A stretch of 64,000 nucleotides of DNA from the human T2T-CHM13v2.0 reference genome, Homo sapiens, in NCBI RefSeq assembly GCF_009914755.1, contig NC_060936.1; one strand, written 5' to 3'. A program made the position numbers and the translations under genes. Shown piece by piece: positions 1 to 13,906 of this stretch. Below the pieces are notes generated by a model, which saw nothing but the letters and a program-made list of their open reading frames with translations, searched no databases and was not told the DNA's origin. How positions within the stretch are numbered: the stretch's first letter is position 1; the number at the start of each line of letters is the position of its first letter.

Positions 1-39
1 CCCTATCTTCCACATACTAGGGATCTGGTCTCTGGTTGC

Positions 40-344
40 TTTTTTTTTTTTTTTTTTTTTTTTGACAGAGTCTTGTTCTGTCGCCCAGGCTAGAGTGTAG
101 TGGTGTGATCTCCACTGACTGCGGCCTCTGCCTTTTGGGTTGAAGTGATTCTCCTGCCTCAGCCTACTGAGTAGCTGAGACTACAGGCATGCCCTACCAC
201 ACTTGGCTAATTTTTATTTTTTTAGTAAAGATGGGGTTTCACCATGTTGGCCAGGATGGTTTCAAACTCCTGACCTCAAGTGATCCACCTACCTCAGCCT
301 CCAAAAGTGCTGGGATGACAGGCCTGAGCCACTGCCCCCTACCT
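40..344 (-). mobile_element. AluS (Sx/Sz-like), full length
   Basis: Poly-T at 40-63, then both antisense Alu arms (gacagagtcttgttctgtcgcccaggct ... tgacctcaagtgatccacc ... tgagccactg). Confidence 0.95.
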
Positions 345-1950
345 GATTGCTCCTTCTGATCACAGTGGTACACACAAAGAAACAGGTTTTCACTGATGTT
401 GCACCTCTCCCTATAGTTGTAACCCTTCCCCTTTCAGCTAAAATTTCTGGGTATTAAAAGGCTGGTACCCTTTGCCACCTTTATTTTTTATTGTTTAGCT
501 TCTTGGGGAGCTAGGCATTAAAGACAAAAATACTTAAAAAAAAAAGAAACAATTGCATATATGAAGAAATTAGAAAGTGTATGGACATGCCCAGGGAAAG
601 GCTCAAAAAAAAATTACAAAAGCAATAACAATAAGAAAAACAGAAAACACAGAGAAAGAGTAAGAATTAGGTTTCCAGATTTATCACCTATTAGATTCAA
701 ATGTCCAGTTTAAAAAAAAAATCAAGCAGAAAATGAAACAGAAAAGTATGGACAGATTTCTAATGTGAAATGTTGGAGGTCAAAAGACAATAAATATGTT
801 CAAAGTGCTAAAAGGAAAAAACTATCAGCTAAGAATCCTATATCTGGCAAAATGTTTCTTCAAAAGTGAGGAAATTAAGACATTCCCAGATAAATGAAAT
901 ATCAGGAAGTTTGTTATCATTAGACCTTCTGTGTGACATATGAAGGGAGTCCTGCAGAGTGAAATGGAAAAAAGAAACCAACAAGCAAACAAAAATTTCC
1001 CCAAAATTAGACACTGACTTGAAGCCATATAAAGAATGAAAGATCTCAAAAGAGGCAAATATACAAACAATTATAAAAGTTAAATTAAACTGTAAAACAG
1101 TTTATAACTCTACTTTTGTTTTTACATAATGTGTGAAACTATCACACTTATAACAATTATTATTTTATGATGTGCAACAAACAATATATAAAAGTAAAAT
1201 TTTCTAATATTAGAAACTAAAAGAAATGGGGATGGAGTTGTTAAATAAACAGTTTTTGAAAGTTACTGAAGTCACATATGTATAAATTTAAATTTGAGTT
1301 TTATAACTTTAGTGTTCAATGTAATTCTCATGGTAACTACAAAGAAAATAGCTATAGAAGATACACAAAAAAGAGAAAGAAATTTAAATGCTTTATTACA
1401 AAAAGCAATAAAACATAAAGAGTAATTCAGAAAATGAGGAACAAAAAGTAATGAATTAAACAGAAAACAAATAGCAAAATGACAGAAGTAAGTCTCTCAT
1501 TATCAGTAATTATTTTAAATGTACGTGGATTAAACTCACCAATCAAAAGATTAGCTGAATAAGCAAAAAACAACAACAAAAAATACCCACAAAGAATCCA
1601 ACTATATGCTGTGTACAATAGAATGACTTTAGACTGAAAACCATGTATAAATTGAAAGTAAAAGAATGGAAAAATATATTCTATGCAAATAGTAACAAAA
1701 GATTGCAGGGGTGGCTATCTAATATGATTAAATAAACTTAAAATTAAAGAAAGCATTACAAGAGACAAAGAAGGACATCATATTTTCATAAAATGTTTAA
1801 TATATAATAAGATGTAAAAAATACTGTAAGTATTTATGCACCTGATAAAAGACCATCAAAATATGTGAAGCAAAATCAAACAAAATTGAAGGTTGAAAAA
1901 GACAATTCTACCATAATGGTTAGAGACTTCAAAATTTCACTCTCAATAAT

Positions 1951-3128
1951 TATCAGGGGAACTAGCCCCCAATATTTCAACATAGGTTCTTTTCTATTTT
2001 CCCTAAGTGTCGTCTGGTCTGAGAAATAAAGAGAAAGAGTACAAAAGAAAGAAATTTTACAGCTGGGTCTCAAGGGGTGACATCACATGTCAGCAGGTTC
2101 CATGATGCCCACCTGAGCTGCAAAACCAGCAAGTTTTTATTAGGGATTTCAAAAGGGGAGGGGGGTACGAATAGGGAGTGGGTCACAGAGATCACATGCT
2201 TCAAATGGCAATAAAAGATCACAAGGCAAATGGGGGCAGAGCAGGATCTCAAGGCCAGGGTGAAATTAGAATTACTAATGAGGTTCCATGTCCCGCTGTG
2301 CATGCATTGTCATTGATAAACATCTTAACAGGAAACAGAGTTTGAGAACAGACAACTGGTCTGACTAGAATTCGCCAGGCTGGAATTTCCTAATCCTAGC
2401 AAGCCTGGGGGCTCTGCAGGAGACCAGGGTGTATTTTATCCCTTATCTACAACTGCATAAGACAGACACTACCAGAGTGGCCATTTTGGAGACCTCCCCC
2501 TGGGAATGCATTCGTTTTCCCAGGGTTATTCCTTGCTGAGAAAAGAATTCAGCGATATTTCTCCTATTCACTTTCTGAAAGTAGAGAAATAGGACTCTGT
2601 TCTGCCCGGCCCTACAGGCAGTCAGACTTTATGATTATCTCCCTTGTTCCCTGAAAATTGCTGTTATCCTGTTCTTTTCAAGGTGCCCAGATTTCATATT
2701 GTTCAAACACACATGCTTTACAAACAATTTGTACAGTTAATGCAATCATCACAGTGTCCTGAGGCCACATACATCCTCAGCCTATGAAGATGACAGGATT
2801 AAGTGATTAAAGTAAAGACAGGCATAGGAAATTATAAGAGTATTGACTGGGGAAGTGATAAATGTCCATGAAATCTTCACAATTTATGTTCAGAGATTGC
2901 AATAAAGATAGGCATAGGAAATTATAAGAGTATTGATTGGGGAAGTAATAAATGTCCATGAAATCTTCACAATTTATGTTCAGAGACTGCAGTAAAGACA
3001 GGCTTAAGAAATTATAAAAGTATTAATTTGGGGAACTAACAAATTTCCATGAAATCTTCATCATTTATTGTTCTTCTGCCATGGCTTCAGCCAGTCCCTC
3101 CATTCAGGGTCCCTGACTTCCCGCAACA
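1951..3128 (-). mobile_element. MER11 solo LTR (ERVK class; MER11B-like)
   Basis: Minus strand starts TGTTGCGGGAAGTCAGGGACCC and ends TTCCCCTGATA. Perfect 6-bp target-site duplication (TSD) AATAAT at 1945-1950 and 3129-3134. Confidence 0.92.
2811..3075. repeat. Three tandem copies of a 90-bp unit inside MER11
   Basis: The motif taaaga(c/t)aggc(a/t)ta(g/a)gaaattataa recurs at 2813, 2903 and 2993. Confidence 0.9.
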
Positions 3129-4033
3129 AATAATGGATGGAACACCTGACAGAAAGTAAGGAAATCAAGCAACTCAATAAATCAACTACATCTACTATAC
3201 ATATAAAGCCCATTCTGACAAACAGCAGCAGTGTATGCATTCTTCTAAAGTGCACATGAGACATTTTTCAGGCTGGACCATATCTTAGGCCATAGAGTAA
3301 GTCTCAATAGATTTAAAAAGATATAAAAAATATTCTCTCTGACCACAATAGGATAAAGGTAGACATTAATAACAGATGTAAAACTGGAATTTTTTTTTAA
3401 ATTGTGGAAATTAAATAACACACTCTAAGGCAACAAATGAATTAAAGACAAAATTGTAAAGAAAATTAGAAAATACCTAGAGATAAATGAAAATGAAAAC
3501 AAAATACATTAAACTTTATGAGTTGCAACAAAAGTAGTGCTAAGGGAAAATTTATATCTATCAATAGTTAGATTAAAAAACAAGTAAGATTTCAAATCAA
3601 AAACCTAACTTTACAACTTAAGGAACTAGAAAAGAAAAGCAAACTAAATCCAAATCTAGCAGAAGAACAAAATAATAAAAATTAGAGCAGACACAAATGA
3701 AATAGAAAAAAGAAAAACAACAGATTAAATTAATGAAACCATAAGTTATTCTTTGAAAGGAAGAAGAAAATCAACAAGCCTTTAACTAGATGAAATAAAA
3801 ATAAAAAGAGAAGACTCATACTAATACAATTAGAAATAAAATGGGGACATTAATATTTATCAATCATATAGAAATAAACAGGATTATAAGAGAGTACTAT
3901 GAAAAATTATGTCACAACAAATTGGATAACCTAAATCCAGTAAAAAATGCCTAGGAGGACAACATTTTTCAAGATAAATAATGATGAAATAGAAAATCTG
4001 AATATACCTTCAACTAGTAAGAAGATTTAAACC

Positions 4034-4070
<37 letters not shown>
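4034..4070. repeat. (TAA)n microsatellite
   Basis: About 12 perfect TAA units. Confidence 0.95.
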
Positions 4071-4071
<1 letters not shown>

Positions 4072-4287
4072 CTCTAAACAAAGAAAATGCCTGAATTTGA
4101 TGGCTTTATGGATGAATTATACCAAATATTTTAAGAATTAACACCAATATTTCTCGGACATTTCAAAAAATGGAATAATATAAAACACTTCCTATCTCAT
4201 TCTATGAGGCCATTATCACCTGGATACCAAAGCCAGAAAAAGACAAAACAGAAAATGAACAATACAGATCAATAACGTTTATGAACA

Positions 4288-4589
4288 GGATGGGTATGGT
4301 GGCTCACACCTGCAATTCCACCACTTTGGGAGGCCAAGGCAAGTGGATCACCTGAGGTCAGAAGTTCAAAACCAGCCTGGCAAACATGGTGTAACCCCAT
4401 CTCTACTAAAAATACAAAAATTAGCCAGGCATGGTAGCTCACACCTGTAATCCCAGCTACTCAAGAGGCTGAGGCAGGAGAATTATTTGAACCATGGAAG
4501 TGGAGGTTGCATTGAGCCAAGATTGCACCATTGCACTCTGGCCTAGGTGACAGAGTGACTTTCTGTCTCAAGAAAAAACTAATAATAAT
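4288..4589 (+). mobile_element. AluS inserted in L1 ORF2
   Basis: Two Alu arms with an A-rich tail. Diverged TSD aataacgtttatgaaca (4271-4287) / aatactctttataaaca (~4590-4606). Confidence 0.93.
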
Positions 4590-5392
4590 AATACTCTTTA
4601 TAAACATTGATGCAAAAATCATCAAGAAAATACTAGCAAACTGAATCCAGCAGCATATTGAAAGGATTATATACTGACCAAAATCATTTATTTCTGGAAT
4701 GCAAAGATAGTTCAATACAGGAAAACTAATCAATACCACAATAACAGAATAAAGAAAATAATACAAAATCATCTCAATTTTTGGAGAAAATGTATTTGAA
4801 AAAATTCAACATCACTTTATGATAAAAAGACTCAATAAACTAAATAGAAAAAAGCTACCTCAACACAATAAAGACCATAGATTAAAAACTCACAGCAAAT
4901 ATTACACTCAATGGTAAAAGAATGAAATTATTTTTAATAAAATCAGAAACAAAGTAGAGATGCTCAATTTCACCACCTTTATTCAACATATTATGGAAAG
5001 TTCTAGTCAGCACAATTAGGAAATAAACACAACCAAATAGGAAAGAAAGGAAAAATTGTCTATCTTGACAGATGTTACTATGTTGTGTGTAGAAAATTTT
5101 AAAAGTACATAAAAATATGTGAGAACTAATAAATGAATTTTAAAAAGCAGGATACAAAGTAAGCACTCAAAAATCAATTTAATTTCTATGTACTAACAAT
5201 GAACAATCTGAAAAAAAAATTTTAAATTCCATTTGTAATTGCAGCAAGAAAAATAAAATACATAGGAATTAACTAAGGAGGTGAAAGACTTGTACAGTTA
5301 AAACTACAAAACATTGCTAAAAAATTTAAAATATATAAGGAAATAAAACATGTTCTATGTTCATGGATTGAAAGGCTATATATATTATATAT

Positions 5393-5660
5393 ATTAGATT
5401 CAGGGAGTATATATGCAGGTTTATTACATGGAGGTATTGCATGATGCTTAGGTTTGGGCTTCAGTTTAACCCATAACCCAGATTGCAAACACAGTACCCA
5501 ATAGGCAGTTTTTCAATCCTTGCCCCTCTCCCTTCCTCTTCCCTTTTTGAGTCCCCAGGGTCTATTGTCTATATCAATATGTCCATGTGTATGACACGAT
5601 TAGTTCCTACTTATAAGTGAGAACATGCAGTATTTGGTTTTCTGTTTCTGTATTAATTTG
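5393..5660 (-). mobile_element. L1PA15/16-like 3' end fragment
   Basis: Antisense L1 3'UTR (gcaggtttattacatgg ... cttataagtgagaacatgcagtatttgg ... aggataatggcctc), preceded by (TA)n. Confidence 0.8.
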
Positions 5661-6015
5661 CTTAGGATAATGGCCTCTACATTTCAACAGGTGAATGGAT
5701 AAACGAATATTGCTGAAATGGACTATTTTTCAGCACAAAAGAAATAAACTACTGGTACATGCTGCAACATAGATTAACACCACAATTATTATGCTAAGTG
5801 AAATAAATCAGTTGCAAACAGTGCACATTGTCTAATTTATTAATGTGGCATTCCTTAAAATGTCAAATGAGAAAGCTTATGGGTGGTTGCCTGGGTTGGA
5901 AGTAGAAGTCATAAGTGACAGTAAATTCATATGAGAAAACTTTTGTGAATGATGAAAATATTCTGAAAGTCATTTGTGATGATGTTTGCACATACATACA
6001 TTTATTAAAAATCAA
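5661..6015 (+). mobile_element. Old L1 (L1MC/MB-like) 3'UTR fragment
   Basis: caacaggtgaatggataaac ... atgctaagtgaaa ... gatgaaaatattctgaa, typical of old L1M 3' ends. Confidence 0.7.
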
Positions 6016-6019
6016 AAAT

Positions 6020-6206
6020 GATCTTTTAAACAACCAGCCCTCACATGAACTGACAGAATGAGAACTCATTCATTACCACAAGGAGATTACCAAGTCATTC
6101 AAGAGGGATCTGCTTCCATGACTCAAACATCTCCCTTTAAGCCCCATGTCCAACATTGGAGATCACATTTCAACGTGAGATATGGACAAACATCTAAATT
6201 ATATCA
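6020..6206 (-). mobile_element. MST-type MaLR LTR fragment (5' part)
   Basis: Reverse complement begins TGATATAATTTAGATGTTTGTCC...TCTCACGTTGAAATGTGATCTCCAATGTTGGA, like MSTB/MSTD. Confidence 0.75.
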
Positions 6207-7335
6207 GTTGTTCAGGAGCATGTTATTTAATTTCTGTGTATTTGTGTAGTTTTTAAAGTTTCTTTTATTATTGTTTTATAGTTTTATTCCATTGCTGTCT
6301 GAGAAGACACTTGATATAATTTTTATTTTTGTAAATTTGTTGAGACTTGCTTTGTGGCCTAACATATGTTTCTTTGTTGATTTCCTCTCTAGATGATCTG
6401 TCCAATGTTCAGAGCGGGGCCTTGAAGTCCCTGACTATTATTGCATTAAAGTAAATGTACCTTTCACTTTAATATTTGCTTTGAATAAATGTATGGGCTC
6501 TTGGGCAGCATGTTTCAGTGGAGATGGTAGTATCAGTGGAAGACAGGGAGATCCTGTTATCAGGACACATGCAAGTACCTGACAGCACTGCCTCTGTGGG
6601 GCTGGGTTTGCTCTCAGTAGTAACCATCCCAGGCTGGTGGCTCTCAGGCTTTGGGGAACACACATTTTGGCTTACTTTGTCCTATGACAGCCTTCCCAGT
6701 GCGCTACATCACCTATTTCCCAGTACATAGAACACTGTGTGTGAGGGTGCTGGGAAACTCACTGCATTGCTGCGTTCAACCAGTGTAGTGTCAATGCAGC
6801 CCTCTGGGTGGACACATATGTGTCAAAGGGCCTCCAAGGATATGGAGATGAAGAGGCTGTTGGGTCCCAAGTTAGAATGCAATCTGGTGAAGGTTCAGCT
6901 CTGAAAATGTCTCCATGCTTCAGCTTCTTTGGTCTTGGGGCACATGTGGGACACATTTTGAACTCTTTCTGTGGAGCAATGCCATAGGCTCCAGGCAGCT
7001 CCCTATACCAGTCTCCAGGTCTGCAATGGCAAAGAGGCTCTCTTATGGCTAGAATTGCAGGAGTCTATAGTATTAATAGCAATGTGGACTGCTGAGAATC
7101 TCTTAGTTACCCTTTCTCTGAAGTGAGGAGCCTCTCCATGATCCCAGTTGATTCCACCTGGGCTGTCTGCCTCATTTCACTTCCTTCCATGCCTTAGGTG
7201 TTTCCTGTCATTTATCTGCTGAATTCCAGTGTTCTCTCTTAGATGCTGTATTCATAGTGTGATTATCTACTCACTATTTTGGTTCTTCTTTGTGGGGGGC
7301 ATAGTGCCCATTCCTCTAATCAGCTCTCTTAAAGC
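6207..7335 (-). mobile_element. L1M/L1PB-like fragment: ORF2 piece (6207-~6500) joined to a 5'UTR-like piece (~6500-7335)
   Basis: Antisense ORF2 (gttgttcaggagcatgttatttaatttc...ctagatgatctgtccaatg) followed by a GC-richer segment resembling an antisense L1M 5' end. Confidence 0.65.
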
Positions 7336-7421
7336 TCCCTCTCTTTCTGAAAATGTTTAAATGCCCTGAATTATTAACTGATGTTCATTACTACAAGGAT
7401 TTTTACATTCTTGCTGTATCA

Positions 7422-7601
<180 letters not shown>

Positions 7602-8404
7602 TCATTAATAACATATGCTATTATACAATGCAGTTTATTTGAAATAAGTTACACAACTGTACAGGGGTCTGCTGTAGCTAAAATATTGGAAAATCGACAA
7701 ATATTATATTTTACTATATGAGAATAAAAAATATCTGAGTACTATAAGAGTGAGAGATATATTTAAATGACTTTTCTTTCTCCTTTGCATGTCCTCTCCT
7801 CTTTACCTCTACTGTGCCTCTCCTGTATTTTTCCTCTGCTCTGTTTACATGTCATTATTTGTTCCTGTGATGGATTAAAGACTCTGTTGGCCATTATAAA
7901 ATATTTATATTAGAATCTCAAAGAAGGCATTTAGTAACTTAAAAGCTGATAACAACTCAAAGTGCCTGTTTAAGATGTTGTTTTTAGAAAACCACTGACG
8001 AATTTGATTAGCTATAAGTAAAAGAAAAATACAGATATAGGTTTACGTTTTGGCTGATTAGCATATATGCTGCTCCAGAGAACATGCGTACTATGCTCTT
8101 TCAAGGATATAGCAAAGTCTAAAGAGTTTATTTGTAAACTTCCCAATGAAGTACAATTTTTACTGATGTAAAGGTCATTTAGTGCCATCTCCTTTCTATT
8201 TACCCTGTAATCATATTTGCCACTTTTGCCATGTTCTTCTTTTGTTTGACAGAAGAACAGGATTTGGAAACCTGGCATAGCACTGGTAATAATTTGCCAA
8301 ATCTCTGATTTAGAAATTATAAAATAAATTGTGAATTTATTCTTGCAATATTAGGTTATAGAGTACATAGTTTCACTGCATTATCAAACCTATCTTGCAC
8401 TCTC

Positions 8405-8610
8405 TTTTTAAATTATTTAATTTTATTTTGAATTGACAGATATATATATATATTTATGGGGTACAATTTAATGTTTTGATATATGTTTACAATGTGGAAT
8501 GATTAAACTGGGATTAAATGATTTCATGACTAAAGCATGATTAAAACAAATCCATCACCTTACGTACTTTTTGTGTTTGTGTGTGATGAAAACGTTTAAA
8601 ATCTACTGTT
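8405..8610 (-). mobile_element. L1MA-type 3' end fragment
   Basis: tatttatggggtacaat...ttttgatatatgtttacaatgtggaatgattaaa...atccatcacct...tttaaaatctact. Confidence 0.75.
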
Positions 8611-8714
8611 TGTCTTTCTTTTTTATAATCTTTAAAAAGTCTACCCCAGGATAGAAAATAACCCATGGGTTATTTTCTGAATTGATCTCTTAAATTCTAC
8701 TAATGCAGTTTCTA

Positions 8715-8955
8715 TTTATTTGGTGACCACTAGGACAAAGAACACTGCTGAGTACTGTATAGATATTATCAGATGTAATATTTATAATAGAATTGCAAAG
8801 TAGATATCTATATTCCATCTTACAGATTTGAAAACTGAGGCTTAAAGAGTTTAAGTGGTATTTTATGGCTTGCAAACTTGTAGGTGCCATAGCCATGATT
8901 CAAACGCAGATATAATTCTGAAATTTATAAGCTTAATCACCATGCTATACTGTTT
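8715..8955 (-). mobile_element. MIR
   Basis: Antisense MIR core ccatcttacagatttgaaaactgaggcttaaagagtttaagt. Confidence 0.7.
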
Positions 8956-9639
8956 TTCCCTTTCATCTCTGTGATTCAGTTGTACAGTTAAACACTTTGA
9001 ATGTTGATTCTATACTATGTCACCTATGATCATGCATTTGGGTGGCTAAAACCTTCTGTAGAAACTTATCTTCCATGAAAATGTTCATCATTATGAATGT
9101 TGGACTTTATATTTTAGTTTGGTCTTCAGCCTTCTCCATCAATCTTTTTATTGGCATTGCCTTTAACAGTGATTTTAGACATTATAGTCTTTAAATTTCC
9201 TCTTAAATCCTTTTATAATTCTCAGTAGATCACGTTTATGCATAATATCTTTTGTTTTTTTCTCCTTTGATACCCCCATCACTTCATTCAAATCAATCTT
9301 TACTGCTCTTCTTCAAGTATTATAGCATGCATATATATATGCATCTAATGTCCATCTTCTTGTCTCTTCTGGGACTTTGCTCATTTGTCATCTACTCTCT
9401 CCCATTCTTTCTATTACTGCTCATTCCTTTCCTTCAGTTTTTAAACATGGTTAGGTCTTTCCTATATTTAAATTTTCTGCTTTGTCCCCTTGCCCATCTC
9501 TACTGCTCACTCTCTTCTATACAAAGCAAAATGGGTCCTCCAGGTTTCCAATAATTTATTCAAGCTTATCAGAGTCATGCAAAATACAAAAAGATTTGAA
9601 AACATGTTGTATCACTCCTCTCACTTCCATTTCACAAGA

Positions 9640-10060
9640 CAACTACTTCTTCAGTCTTCCCCATCGCAGCACAAGATAGCATCATCCATCCCATTGCTTA
9701 CACCAAAACTTCAGGTGGCACCCTTGTTCAATTTGTGTCCCTCCAGTTAGATAGTTAGTTCATTAGTTGTCCTGTTGGCATTACTACTAAAATAGATTAT
9801 TAATCTAGTCACTTCTCATTATTTTCCTTGTTTTACTCCAAGACCAATTTATCATCTCTGACATGTCCTAGTTCAATAGTCTCCTCTCTGGCTTTCTTTG
9901 TTTTCCTTTTTGTCCCCAAAATAGTTTATAATCCACACAAGGATGACATTTCCTTTTCTAAAGTATATATATCAGATTATCAGTCATTCTCTTGCTTAAA
10001 TAGTTTTAATGGCTTTTCATAGCAATGGAATAAAACACAAACACCTATTAAATCCTACAA
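9640..10060 (+). mobile_element. L2 fragment
   Basis: Similar to the L2 ORF2 3' region (catcatccatcccattgcttacaccaaaact ... atcatctct ... ctcttgcttaaa...aatggctt). Confidence 0.65.
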
Positions 10061-11329
10061 AAATAGAATAGAATGTTGTATAGACCCAATAATGATAATA
10101 TAATTATCATTATTGGCAAGTTGGATTACTCACAAAAGCCAAGCATTTTTTAATATAACAGCAGGAGGTATTGGATAAATGATAAACTATATCTCTGAAA
10201 TTTTCAAGTTGGTAGACAAGAGAACTCTGATAGGTTTTTAAATTTGAGTATCCATTCTCGATTACAATTCTAGTAACTAGAACAAATTCTTTGCAATTTT
10301 GAATCAATTATTCTCTGCTTATAGATTTGACAAAGCAAAAGATTTACTAATTAGTTTAAGATTTGTTAAGATAATAATTTGCAATTATTAGTGTTGTTTT
10401 TACTTGAAAGGGAGACTCTACAAATTAATAAATTTTATGTTTTAAACTATGACTTCTTGAAAATGTTCACACCATTAATTGGTTATTAGATTTTTAAAAT
10501 TTTGTTGATGATGTTTTTAAATATTTTAAAAATATTTTTAGTATTTAGGTGTGGGAAAAATTCTGTAGCATGTGTTGTCAAAGGCTTTTCAGTGACCATT
10601 TCTTACCTTTAAAATCAAAATACAAAGTGCAAACATTTAAATTTAGAAACGCCAAAGACAATGTGATTCTCCAAATGGAAAATTCACATTTTTTTCAGAA
10701 TTTCTTGGAAAATAAAAACAAACCAAATCAATATTACTTGCATTAAGTAGCAGTAGCCAATTACAAAATGTAATGGAAGTAAGTAAAAATGCCTATGTGG
10801 TAAACTTAAGTAATAAACTTGTAAATGTGATTCATTAACTCTTCCAAAATGTATACCTCTGGAAGAGAAAGATAATAGACAATCAAAACCAAGGGTATTT
10901 TGCCATTTTTTATGGATACAATAAGAAAATTTGTATCCAGCATAATACTGTCATCTGAGAAGTAACTCCAGTGTTTATCATTAACTTATCCTAGAGACTT
11001 TCAAACCAGCTTCAAGGATAAAGCAACTAATCAATTAAGATTCATGAATTTTAATACTTAAGTGTTCATACTGGTTAACAATATGTATCGTAGAGACAGT
11101 TTCATAGGCTGAAAAGACTTTGGATCGTAATGGCATATTTATGTACTGGCATAATAATTCCTTGAGTAGACTAACTCTGGGAGGTATGTCAAGAGAATTT
11201 ATAATATTTCCTATGGAACTAATTCCTTTTATTATTATGGAGTGTTCCTATTTATCTGGATTAAAGATTCTTACCTTACAATTGTCGTTCCATAATATGG
11301 TAAGTCTACCAGCTTTTTTGGGTTAATGC

Positions 11330-13330
11330 TTGCACGTACATTGCTTCATTCTGTGTAGATTTACAGAGCGTTGTTTTTGTAAGCCACAATAAATGGAGAT
11401 AAATTTTTATCTGATCTGACAATTTTAAATTTTTCTTAATACATTTTTTATTTACTGTAATTAATATATCTGTTTAGATCTACTATCTTACTATTCATTT
11501 TCTATATGTCTCATACTTTTTATATTCTAGTATCTTTTCTGTCTTGATGACTTAGATTATTCAAAATTATCATTGCTTTTTTTCCTCCTATAACTTGTCG
11601 GTTACGCTTTTTTTTTTACCTGATTTTAGTGATTACACTAGAGGCTACCATATGCGTCCCTGACTCATTATGGGGTTAGGACCAATCATTACTTTTTTAA
11701 CTTCCTCAACTCAATAAAAATTTTGAACCTTTAAAGTAAATATATATTTCCTGTGTTTTACATTATTTCATATATGTAAGCCTTCTCTCTCTCTTTAATG
11801 TGTGTGTGTGCATGTGTGTGTATTTCACACAATGAATTATTTTGCACTGTCAATATATATTAATATTTGCCACATCTTTACTTTAGATACTGTTCTTTTT
11901 TCACTAACTACTTTAATCCTGGCTTACTGTTCTCAGGCCTAAAGAACTACTAGTAACTCTTTTGGTATAGGCCTGTTGGTGATAAATTTTTGGTGATACA
12001 GTTGGTGATACAGTTTTGGTTAGTCTTAAATGTCTATATTTTGCCTTAATATTTAAACAGAATTTTACGTTGGTATGGAAAAATAAAGTTAGCGCCCCCT
12101 TTTCTTCTCCTGCACTTTGTTGATGTTGTCCCATTATCATATTTTGGCTTTCCTGCTGAGACACCAGTTCCACTGAAGTTAATTTGTTTTTCCATCTGAC
12201 TCTTTTAAGATTGTCTCTTTGTCTTTGATTTTCAGCCATTCTTTTAATTAATTCATTTTTTAATTTTTAAAATTTCAGTTGCTTTTGGGATATGAGTGGT
12301 TTTTGATTACATGGATATATTATATAGTGATAAATTCAGAGATTTTAGTGTACCATCACTCAAATAGTGTATGTTGTACCTAATATATACTTTTGTAGCC
12401 CACACCCCCCTCTCAGCCACCTGCTTCTGAGTCTCCAAAGTCCATTAAATCACTCTATGTGCCTTTGCATATTCATAGCTTAGCTCTCACTTATAAGTGA
12501 GAACATATGGTATTTGGTTTTCCATTCCTGAGTTACTTCACTTAGAATAATGACCTTGATCTCTATCCAAGTTACTGCAAAAGAAATTATTTCATTTTTT
12601 TTATGGCTGAGTAGTATTCCATGGTGTATATATACCACATTTTCTCTATCCATTCATTGGTTGATGGGCACTTAGTTTGGTTTTATATATTTGCAATTGT
12701 GAATTGGTTTGCAATAAAAATACATGTTCATGTGACTTTTAAATATAATGATTTCTTTTCCTTTGGGACAAGAAAGTAGTGAGATTGCTGGATCAAATTG
12801 TAGATCTACTTTTAGTTCTTTAAATAATCTCTGTGCTATTTTTCATAGAGGCTGTACAAATTTACATTCCCAATTTTAAGCCATTTAACTACGCTGTGTT
12901 CATTTTTTGTTTGTTCATTTTGTTTTAGAATTTATTCTACTTGGAGTTATCTTAGATTACTGAGTCTATGATTAAAAACCTTTAATTTTTGGAAAATTTT
13001 CATTCATTATATTCTCAGAAAGTCCTTTTGCTCCTATTTTTATTTCTCATTATGTAACTCATATAACAAGTGTATTAGACATTTTGTTGATTCTTATACT
13101 TCCTTTATACAGCATTTTTAAAAAGTATTCTTTTTTTTACATTTCAATTTCTATATGTTCTATTTATCTGCCTTTGAGTTCACTAATCAAGTATGCTGCT
13201 GTTCAATGAGTTTAGCAAGTGATTAATTTTAGATATTATTTTAAATGATTTTTAAGGAATCTAGTTCTTTGTGGAAATTGTCAGTTCCTTCACCTGTTTT
13301 GAAAATATTTTCTCATTTAATATATTCATC
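11330..13330 (-). mobile_element. Old L1M (ORF1/inter-ORF region), interrupted by L1PB1
   Basis: T-rich antisense ORF1-like sequence (ggcctgttggtgataaattt, tcttttaagattgtctctttgtctttgattttcagc) that resumes after 12885. Confidence 0.6.
12241..12872 (-). mobile_element. L1PB1-like 5'-truncated insertion
   Basis: Antisense L1PB 3'UTR (gagattttagtgtaccatcactcaaatagtgta...ctgagtctccaaagtccatta). TSD attttcagccatt (12228-12240) / attttaagccatt (12873-12885). Confidence 0.87.
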
Positions 13331-13906
13331 ATTGATTCTGACCTACTACATTATATTCACAACCTCTATATTGTAAATTTGTACTTATTTATGAAAAATT
13401 TGGTATTTTACAAGATATGTGAAATAAAGAAAAATAAAATATTCTATTAAATTTCAATTTGCTTATGAAATAGATATTTTGGGAACTCTCAAAGCCATCA
13501 ACTATGTCACCAAGTGGCAGAGAAAATCTTGGTCATATCTCAAGAATTTACTAACGTAACTTTTGATATAAAAAATTTATGGTAACCTTTACTTCATAGC
13601 CTGAAAATTATGAAGAGTGATGAATCAAGGAGTTTGAGGAACTCTCAAAATTGGAATCTACATGTGTGAGACAAAAAAATGAAATAACCTATTTAAACTA
13701 ATGAATGTGATTATACATGCAGCAATCTGACATTAATGAGATGAGATTTGAAAATTATACTTAAAGAATGGATCTATTGAAAAACCCAAGGAGCAATTGA
13801 AAAAAACAAAATAAATGATACATTAGCATATGTTTCTTGATTAAAATGACATCAAGGCAACGTTGCATGATACACTTCATGACAAACTTCATATTAAAAT
13901 TACAAT

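Larger units (their letters stand above)
500..5377 (+). mobile_element. Old L1M (L1M4/L1MC-like): ORF1 end and decayed ORF2, interrupted by MER11 and Alu
   Basis: ORF1 C-terminal-like sequence at ~770-960. ORF2 start-like atgacagaagtaagt...ttaaatgtacgtggattaaactcaccaatcaaaaga at ~1479. EN/RT-like A-rich sequence continues to ~5377 with many stops. Confidence 0.85.

Noticed and set aside
2811-3075. Regularly spaced repeats as a possible CRISPR-like array (also 37535-38159)
   Set aside because: These are contiguous tandem units with no unique spacers, inside eukaryotic LTRs, with no cas genes.
9252-9554. Hydrophobic Leu/Phe-rich ORF (likewise 31912-32349)
   Set aside because: T-rich composition of decayed repeat or low-complexity DNA gives such frames by chance, and the starts are non-ATG.
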